20,000 nucleotides of DNA from Ancylonema sp. Taxonomy: Eukaryota. This document shows, piece after piece, positions 10,578-20,000 of this stretch. The stretch spans positions 54,995 through 74,994 of the forward strand of contig JBFLGF010000087.1 in the NCBI GenBank assembly GCA_050230475.1, given 5' to 3'. The notes beneath the pieces are model-generated. The model was not told the DNA's origin, made no database searches, and saw only the letters and a list, made by a program, of their open reading frames with translations. Made by a program: the position numbers and the translations under genes. Every line of letters begins with the position of its first letter. Within the stretch, counting starts at the first letter, position 1.

Positions 10578-11062
10578 TGTTCGCAACTGTATGAGGAAGA
10601 AAAGATAATGCACAATGAATTCACACACAATGAAATATCAGCATGAACACGCGAATATATGATTGCCAAGTGAGTAGACAATTTATCAGCCGTTCCCGAG
10701 GTCTGATCGGAACTAATAAAGATCCGATCACCGAGTTACTAAGTTTTATAGTGGCCTCGGCTAGGAGATCACAAAAGTAGCAAAGCATCTTCTCATCCTG
10801 CCGTATCAACTTACGGCGCCGTCTCAGCCGACTCAGCTAGCCGACTAACTAGCTCAACCACTTAGAGTCTAGCACACTAGGACAGATGTTACCCTCTACT
10901 TCACTCTAGCTAGGAAAATGTTAAAAGTAGGTCACTCCAGCGTCATGCTGGTGGCACGCAGCTGCCGTCCAGCGTGGCCAGGGTTGCAAGCTGGTCCTCC
11001 TCGTCTTGTCGCCTTCCTAATTCAATGCCGAACTTACGGCGCCTTTAACGTGACGTGAAANA
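10578..11062 (-). mobile_element. Solo-LTR-like element B2 (~485 bp)
   Basis: Termini TGTTCGC...GTGAAA[N]A would give TG...CA if N is C. On the minus strand there is a TATA+TGTAA-like motif (CTATAAAACTTAGTAAC), then hairpins and CTGATAAA. Homologous to 5713-6336. No TSD found. Confidence 0.5.
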
Positions 11063-11692
11063 GTTAGGTGCTTGGCTCCACCACCTATCGATAGAGGATG
11101 TACGATATTTCGATATTACCCTTGGACTAATTAATTGGATATACGTTCAATTCCTCCACATGACTACGGCACGACATTGTATCTTGTCCCACATTCGATC
11201 ATTTTAACAAGGCATTAACCAGAATTGGCCGAACACAAATTGGAGTACGGAGGTGAGGGTGCATGCGATGTAAATCGTCTTCATAATCGAATACGAGCAC
11301 ATGCAATTCTCTAGTCAGTTGCCAATTTTAAAGCTTTGATTGAAGCCATGCGGGCGGTGCATTATGTATCACCTTGTATCATTTTGAGAATCTCAACTCC
11401 ACATTGTTGTATGGCTTTTTGTACGGAATTTATTATGGGTTTATGTGGAGCAAATTTCGTGGGCAATGTCCATGTGTCAAAAATGCCAACCAACTACCAT
11501 GATATGCAACAAGCCCTCCCTATTTCACGAAGCACTACTAAGTGGTCCCCGCGACAATCATCTAATATTTATGTATCCCGCTCTCAGTTTCCCATTTGTG
11601 AGTCGCAGTTGGTTGACGAGTTGGTTTGTTGGTAACAAAAGCGATCCTACGAACATGTCACACTGCCCTGCCAACACCACGTTGGCGAAAGC
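11063..11692. repeat. 630-bp copy of the GT23-like gene 3' end (part of last exon plus 3' flank)
   Basis: Apparently identical to 12030-12659 (offset 967); the ORF track shows identical 99-aa ORFs at 11336 and 12303. Confidence 0.95.
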
Positions 11693-11744
11693 TACCCGCA
11701 TAACGTTCATCATACGAAAGTACAAAACACCGTGTAACCACCTC

Positions 11745-11910
11745 CTATCGTTATAGACACTCTCGTCGTATACGCACGATTCACCGTATAGGCATATTTC
11801 ATCGGGTAAGTCTACTGCGTCGAGTAGGCACCATTTATCTTATAGGCTATCTCGCCGTATAAGCACAAATTCACACCATACAAGCACACGATCTAATATT
11901 GTCCGACACG
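11745..11910 (+). repeat. Degenerate ~18-bp tandem array with CGTATAGGCAC-like core (subterminal-repeat-like)
   Basis: Units include tcgttatagacactc, tcgtcgtatacgcacgat, tcaccgtataggcatatt, tcgagtaggcaccat, tcttataggctatc and tcgccgtataagcacaaat. The same core occurs next to the inverted termini at 6404-6472 and 17113-17128. Confidence 0.65.
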
Positions 11911-12524
11911 ACATGTTTCTAGCCCAATGACAAGCTCCACCAACTTGTCGATATCTGTGTGTTCGCTATCCAATGTTCCTACCCACTCTTTGTTTACATT
12001 CAGTGCTGAGTCCAAGTGTCTCTCAGTACGTTAGGTGCTTGGCTCCACCACCTATCGATAGAGGATGTACGATATTTCGATATTACCCTTGGACTAATTA
12101 ATTGGATATACGTTCAATTCCTCCACATGACTACGGCACGACATTGTATCTTGTCCCACATTCGATCATTTTAACAAGGCATTAACCAGAATTGGCCGAA
12201 CACAAATTGGAGTACGGAGGTGAGGGTGCATGCGATGTAAATCGTCTTCATAATCGAATACGAGCACATGCAATTCTCTAGTCAGTTGCCAATTTTAAAG
12301 CTTTGATTGAAGCCATGCGGGCGGTGCATTATGTATCACCTTGTATCATTTTGAGAATCTCAACTCCACATTGTTGTATGGCTTTTTGTACGGAATTTAT
12401 TATGGGTTTATGTGGAGCAAATTTCGTGGGCAATGTCCATGTGTCAAAAATGCCAACCAACTACCATGATATGCAACAAGCCCTCCCTATTTCACGAAGC
12501 ACTACTAAGTGGTCCCCGCGACAA

Positions 12525-15236
12525 TCATCTAATATTTATGTATCCCGCTCTCAGTTTCCCATTTGTGAGTCGCAGTTGGTTGACGAGTTGGTTTGTTGGT
12601 AACAAAAGCGATCCTACGAACATGTCACACTGCCCTGCCAACACCACGTTGGCGAAAGCACTCACGGCACGCTCATGCGGAGTCCAGGCATCCATGGCTG
12701 CCCTTTTGCCGCGCCTTTGCATCCGTGGGATCATTTTCCAATGGAAGTGCCACGTGGTATACTCCTTGCTTGCTGATACTGCCGCCTGATTGGCCACCAC
12801 AAACCCCAAAAAAACCATTCTCCATGAGGACCTCCCCAGCCTTCCCAGCTCAAGAGAAGAAATGGAAATGCCAAAACATAATGATACTGGAAAGGTAGAC
12901 CAGCAGAGCCCCTCACCTGATTCTGAGCGGTGAGCCACACGTGCTTCAGATTGGGGATGCGAAACCGCAGTCTCTCTGCCACCCACATCTGACCTTCCAG
13001 CTCCCCGCCCTCTCCCGCATCGAGGCTCACGATTGGGCGATTCACAAACGGCTCCACTTCACGCCACACCGCTCGCTCCAGTGGGTCCGCCTCCAGGTCA
13101 ATCTCTGACAAGTCGTTGAAGTCGTTCACATATTCTGGCAGAGCAAAGGCTTGTCGAGCTGCAAAGTGCTGGCGGTTCTCTGCCATGGCGATGCGATCCG
13201 CAACAGCGGGCCCAAAGGTGGTGTGGCGGATACGGTTAACGGCGTGGCACAGGCTGGGGGTGGGCCACCGTAAAAAGTAGCGGCTGCTTTGAGCTCTCCA
13301 CCATAGCTCCTGATCCACCCACAACTCATCAGGCCTATCCTAGGCAGCAGCACTGCAGCACTGCAGCACTGCAGCACTGCAGTCCGGGAATCGTGAGGGT
13401 GCTACCTTCAGCTGCCCCTCCTCAGCATCCGCCCCCAACCCATGAGCTGGAGCTGCCACCCCCTCCCACGGACGGCCCCAGACTCTGCAAACGGGCGAAA
13501 CCACAAACACAAGATGCAGGTGTGAGGAGGGGCGCCACACCTCCTCTTCCATGCTCACTGCTTGTTGCATGAGCGCCCACTCACCCAGCGGCTGCATCGT
13601 GGGCTGTGTGCCCACTCATGCTCACCACACGTGCTGTTGAGTTCACAGCCTCTTCCTCCATCCCCTTTCCGGATGGGGAGGCAAACATCTCCATGGCTCG
13701 TTCTGCGCAAGCCAAGGATGTGGCAGGTCCAAAGTAGCAGTCCAGGGAGGACATGCCTGGCAGGGGAGGAGTCTGGCACCCGTGCTGTTTGATAACCAGG
13801 ACCCGTCCCGCCACCATGGCCATGCTCAGCGCATGGCTGAGCTGCTGCAGCAGCACGCCAGGATCCTCCCCCTCACCCTCCACCACCGCAAACCGAATAT
13901 CGTCCTTACTGCAATCGACAGGATGCTGGTGCCGCCAGATGTCGGACTGGGCTTGGCGCGTGAGAGGGAGGTTGTCAGCGTCAGCGCCATGGACCTGCAA
14001 AATTGCAAAATTGCAGAATTGCGGAATAGGGAAGAGTGAGCGCTGCAACATGGCAGCAGCTCGCAGGGCTGCTCATGGTCCCCACCCATGGAGGATGTGG
14101 GCCAGACTCCTTTCCTCCAGCAGGCCCACCTCCGACCCAAGCGGGAGGGGCTGCAGCTTCTTGCCAGGTGTCAGCCTCTTGGTGCTGTCCATCTCGATAG
14201 GAGCCACTGCAGTCCGGGAATCGTGAGGGTGCTACCTTCAGCTGCCCCTCCTCAGCATCCGCCCCCAACCCATGAGCTGGAGCTGCCACCCCCTCCCACG
14301 GACGGCCCCAGACTCTGCAAACGGGCGAAACCACAAACACAAGATGCAGGTGTGAGGAGGGGCGCCACACCTCCTCTTCCATGCTCACTGCTTGTTGCAT
14401 GAGCGCCCACTCACCCAGCGGCTGCATCGTGGGCTGTGTGCCCACTCATGCTCACCACACGTGCTGTTGAGTTCACAGCCTCTTCCTCCATCCCCTTTCC
14501 GGATGGGGAGGCAAACATCTCCATGGCTCGTTCTGCGCAAGCCAAGGATGTGGCAGGTCCAAAGTAGCAGTCCAGGGAGGACATGCCTGGCAGGGGAGGA
14601 GTCTGGCACCCGTGCTGTTTGATAACCAGGACCCGTCCCGCCACCATGGCCATGCTCAGCGCATGGCTGAGCTGCTGCAGCAGCACGCCAGGATCCTCCC
14701 CCTCACCCTCCACCACCGCAAACCGAATATCGTCCTTACTGCAATCGACAGGATGCTGGTGCCGCCAGATGTCGGACTGGGCTTGGCGCGTGAGAGGGAG
14801 GTTGTCAGCGTCAGCGCCATGGACCTGCAAAATTGCAAAATTGCAGAATTGCGGAATAGGGAAGAGTGAGCGCTGCAACATGGCAGCAGCTCGCAGGGCT
14901 GCTCATGGTCCCCACCCATGGAGGATGTGGGCCAGACTCCTTTCCTCCAGCAGGCCCACCTCCGACCCAAGCGGGAGGGGCTGCAGCTTCTTGCCAGGTG
15001 TCAGCCTCTTGGTGCTGTCCATCTCGATAGGAGCAGTCCTCCAGGTGGGGAGGACGCGGCAGATACATCAGAGCGTTCATCACGTCCGCTCCTCTGGAGT
15101 TGTTGGGTCGCAAAATTGTGGCTGGGGGGAAGCTTTCCTCCAGGCCCAGCCCATACATTACGGCCCAAACCTGCGAACGGGATCCATAGAGAAGATGTAC
15201 AAATCCATTCACAGATTTGGCGATAACGAATGAAAG
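12525..15236 (-). CDS. Plant alpha-(1,6)-fucosyltransferase-like (GT23-like, At5g28910-type) protein; exons 15236-14967, 14824-14415, 14314-14236, duplicated 13994-13585 and 13484-13406, then 13339-12917, 12785-12525; 5' exon(s) unresolved
   Basis: Motifs in order: LPRPPHLEDC; PPAW/VHGADADNLPLTRQAQSDIWRHQHPVDC; LSMAMVAGRVLV; CYFGPATSLAC; VWGRPW; WWRAQSSRYFLRW; RPIVSL; FANVVLAGQCDMFVGSL...LRLTNGKLRAGYINIR*. Introns are GT-AG with consistent phases. Confidence 0.82.
13343..13382. repeat. (GCAGCACT)n 8-bp repeat, ~4 units, inside a 66-nt intron
   Basis: Visible as gcagcactgcagcactgcagcactgcagcactgcag, adjacent to the 830-bp duplication breakpoint. Confidence 0.85.
13375..15034. repeat. Head-to-tail tandem duplication of 830 bp (13375-14204 and 14205-15034)
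   Basis: Apparently identical sequence and identical ORFs at offset 830; junction ...GATAGGAGC|CACTGCAGTCC... Confidence 0.95.
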
Positions 15237-16765
15237 CTGGACACAGGAAAAGCAGACACCTGAAGCCCGCAGATCGGTTCTAGTATCCATAATATATCAT
15301 TAATCTGGGCATTACGGCATCTAGAAAGCTGACACAGCACATGCAACTGATGCTCTGCCTTGCTCGTTTCTCGACATTCCGTTTCTCTCAGATCATTGCT
15401 CACCACCTCCATGATGAAATGACCACCGACATCATTTCGACTCAATCCCAGGACTGCAGCACACTCTTGCATCAAATAACGGTTCCACCTGAGAGGCTAC
15501 TCGGCTGCATCATCTTATGTTTTTATGGTATTGTACCGAAAGACGGTGCCTTTGGCCTGGCACACTCACATCTGAAAGGTATGTGGAGCGCGTTTTGACA
15601 CTCATCCCTTCCCCAGCTCGTGGATTGGTGCTTCACAGAGTGGGCGTCGCTTCGGCGCACAGATGGAAGCACAGGAGGATGACGAACACAGGAATAGCAG
15701 CAGTGGCCATGACTGCATAATCAACGAGCTATGTCTCTTTCAAGGAATGAAATCGAGCTTCATCTGGCTTCCACACTCGCAATGACGTACATTAAGCGTG
15801 ATTCGTCCCCGGTGATCCGTAAGAGAGAAACACACGCAAGGGCATCCCTGTCCCCAGATCCTCCTTCCTTTGATTCCAATTTAGTTGGAATTCGTCCTCT
15901 TGATTCTAGCCGGTTGGAATTCTTCTTCCGGATTCCAACCTCCTTTATTTCGGAGGAAGGATTTCAACCAGCTAAAATGCGATTTTTCGATGAGCATTCG
16001 TGTTGGAAGGATCCTCCGTGGATATTGGTTGGAGTGCAAGCCGGGTGGGCGGAGGGGCACATCGGTACTCACAACAAAGCCATCTTGATATCTAACGTTT
16101 CTGTACAATTACCGTCTACACACAGCCTGGCTCTGATATGTCAGTAGCGCCAGGCCAGTAGCTCAAAACTCCCAGTTTCCGAGTGCATCTTTCGCTACAC
16201 CTTCTGATGCTGTGACAGTGCATCCTTGGTCGTATCGCTGCTGTAGATGGAGGAATTTTATATCTATAGAAAAACGGCGGGAACCAAACCTCATTACAAG
16301 AACGTGCTTGTATAGAAACTTTATATCCTAAAAAACGAAAAATATGTGAGCCGATCGTACTAAACAAAACTAGCAACAATATGCAACTACGCAGAAGAAA
16401 GTGGAGCGCGCGGTGGTAAAGGAGGTAACAAGGCAATGGATTGCTCTAGACGTAAGGTTCTAGCATGTATCACATGTGCTAGCGACTGTTGCAATGCAAT
16501 CGACACTCTCTGACGGAACCATGTGCACAACAAGCTAATAGAGGGCATGCACACTCTCCAGATGCTAAAATCGATCCGACCTATGAGACAATGCTCCGTA
16601 TGTCTCAAGAGCGAAGAGCGTAAATTTCGTCCCAATTGCGCGATCCCGGTGAAAGGGTTATATGATTTAACTTATATCGCTTAAACCGGGCATATATTCC
16701 TATGCAGCGTGCATTTCATAGGACATATAATCGACAAGAAAAACACAAGCTTAAAGTCATTTTTC

Positions 16766-16918
16766 CATAGTTGCACGACAAGAATATTTTACCCAATACG
16801 TTTCCGATACGATATCGGCAATTTCTGCTCCGTGTTGGGGTTCCGATACGGCTGGTATCGTATCTTGCCGAGACGTGCCTTGTTTCGGACACGCGATACG
16901 CGTGTCCTGCCAAACTTG
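16766..16918. mobile_element. Possible hAT-type MITE remnant
   Basis: Clustered CCGATACG/CGTATC motifs, a perfect GGACACGCG-ATA-CGCGTGTCC hairpin (16887-16907) and loosely inverted CATAGTTGCA...TGCCAAACTTG ends. No 8-bp TSD. Confidence 0.35.
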
Positions 16919-17112
16919 TGTACGTGGGGCAAATACACCTCAATCACAATCGTCATACTGAACACTATTCTTTATAAAGAATAAAATTTAGTGCTTACTT
17001 TTGTCACGAGAAAAAATGCCGTTGTTTTTTGTTTTCCCCCATGTCATACCGGAAACGATCGTGTTCCTGTATCATGATTATAGCAGACAAACAAGCAAAG
17101 GTGCTTAAACAA

Positions 17113-17197
17113 TGAATGTGCCTATACGAAGAATATAGTTTACGTGACGAAAGATCGTTAACAACTAGTTTTATGGTATGCACCCGCGGGGGTACCT
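17113..17197 (-). mobile_element. Right inverted terminus (TIR-like), partner of 6338-6421
   Basis: TATGGTATGCACCCGCGGGGGTACCT at 17172-17197. Both mismatches to the left copy are CpG-deamination type. Confidence 0.7.
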
Positions 17198-17957
17198 AAA
17201 CTTACGTCTCTGTTTGGCACGTGCCCGAACAAGCATTGGTGAGTCAAGCTTCGGTTGTCTAACTAAGGCCTTAGTTATGAACCAAATAATGACTGCAATG
17301 CAGCTGTTGTCGTGCTGTTTAGCCTCGTGTATGTACACACGTGTGAACCCCCGTTATAACANAGCACAACCGAAGATGAGGGGTGGTTTTTCGATGTACT
17401 GAAAATTTGACATGCTTCATTAGTGTATTGACAACAATCTTGTTATTGAGGAGTGTAAGCTTGCTTTGTCCTTCACTAATAGACTAGTTGGCCTCACTTG
17501 TATCACCTTAGATTGCCCTCATCAACGTCAATCATACAACCATTTCTGGGTTTCCAATTTCTGTCCCTCGTCGCAACAATCCCATGTTGGATGTGGTGTT
17601 GGGATGTGTAACATAATAACATAATAGAGCTATGACACCCCACACTCGAATGATACGTACTGGTGGAAATCATGCCAACATTACACATTTACATGTCCCA
17701 TACGTCTTTTCCGAAATACGTTTGTAGACACATCACAACACCACCATTAAAATCATCCAAATTTCGGTGCATCGAACTCGCCAAACAAGATTAATTATCA
17801 CCTCTATCCAAGTCCACACATTTCCCGAACCTTAATAGAAATCGAGTACATGGCCCAAAAGAACCTCCCCCACAGCATTCTCTCCTTCTAGAAAACGAGC
17901 GAGTGACATTGCTCCATACACCGAGACAAGCACAGAGAACATATCGTCGTAACAACT

Positions 17958-19854
<1,897 letters not shown>

Positions 19855-20000
19855 GATTGCAGATTGTATGGCACGAGGCCACGCAACGTCTAGCTCACGC
19901 CGCTGAGGAGACGGGTTGGCAGGTAGAGCAGGGCGTGTAGAGGAAATTATTTGTCAGTAAAGGCGGGCTATGAATGAATGACGAAGGTGCAGTGCCGTAC

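Noticed and set aside
13562..15233. Long plus-strand ORFs up to 216 aa
   Set aside because: They are antisense shadows of the GC-rich GT23-like exons.
15636..15710. Hydrophobic peptide MATAAIPVFVILLCFHLCAEATPTL (minus strand) as the GT gene first exon
   Set aside because: It is followed by TGA with only a weak possible donor, and I could not link it in frame to 15236, so the 5' end is left unresolved.

Overview
Intron-rich eukaryotic nuclear DNA from the green-plant lineage; the proteins are streptophyte-like, and an alga or early-diverging plant is my inference. Spliced host genes: 5' part of exocyst SEC15 (-, 1-701), two intact diverged copies of a PTAC18-like cupin gene (+, 2071-3715 and 7372-8972), a plant alpha-1,6-fucosyltransferase-like (GT23-like) gene (-, 12525 to at least 15236) with an apparently exact frame-preserving 830-bp internal duplication, and a complete 4-exon RPS18 (-, 17958-19854). 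The region between SEC15 and RPS18 is rearranged. It holds a duplicated segment carrying PTAC18 plus a decayed tyrosine-recombinase (YR)-like frame, two diverged solo-LTR-like sequences with covarying hairpins, inverted termini 10.9 kb apart, three copies of a 12-6-12 bp site resembling YR recombination sites, and an apparently exact 630-bp duplication. The most novel hypothesis is a fossil YR element with its own recombination sites linked to local host-gene duplication. All homology calls come from motif recognition and hand alignment; no searches were run. Single N bases at 5708, 11061 and 17362 call for caution about the assembly.
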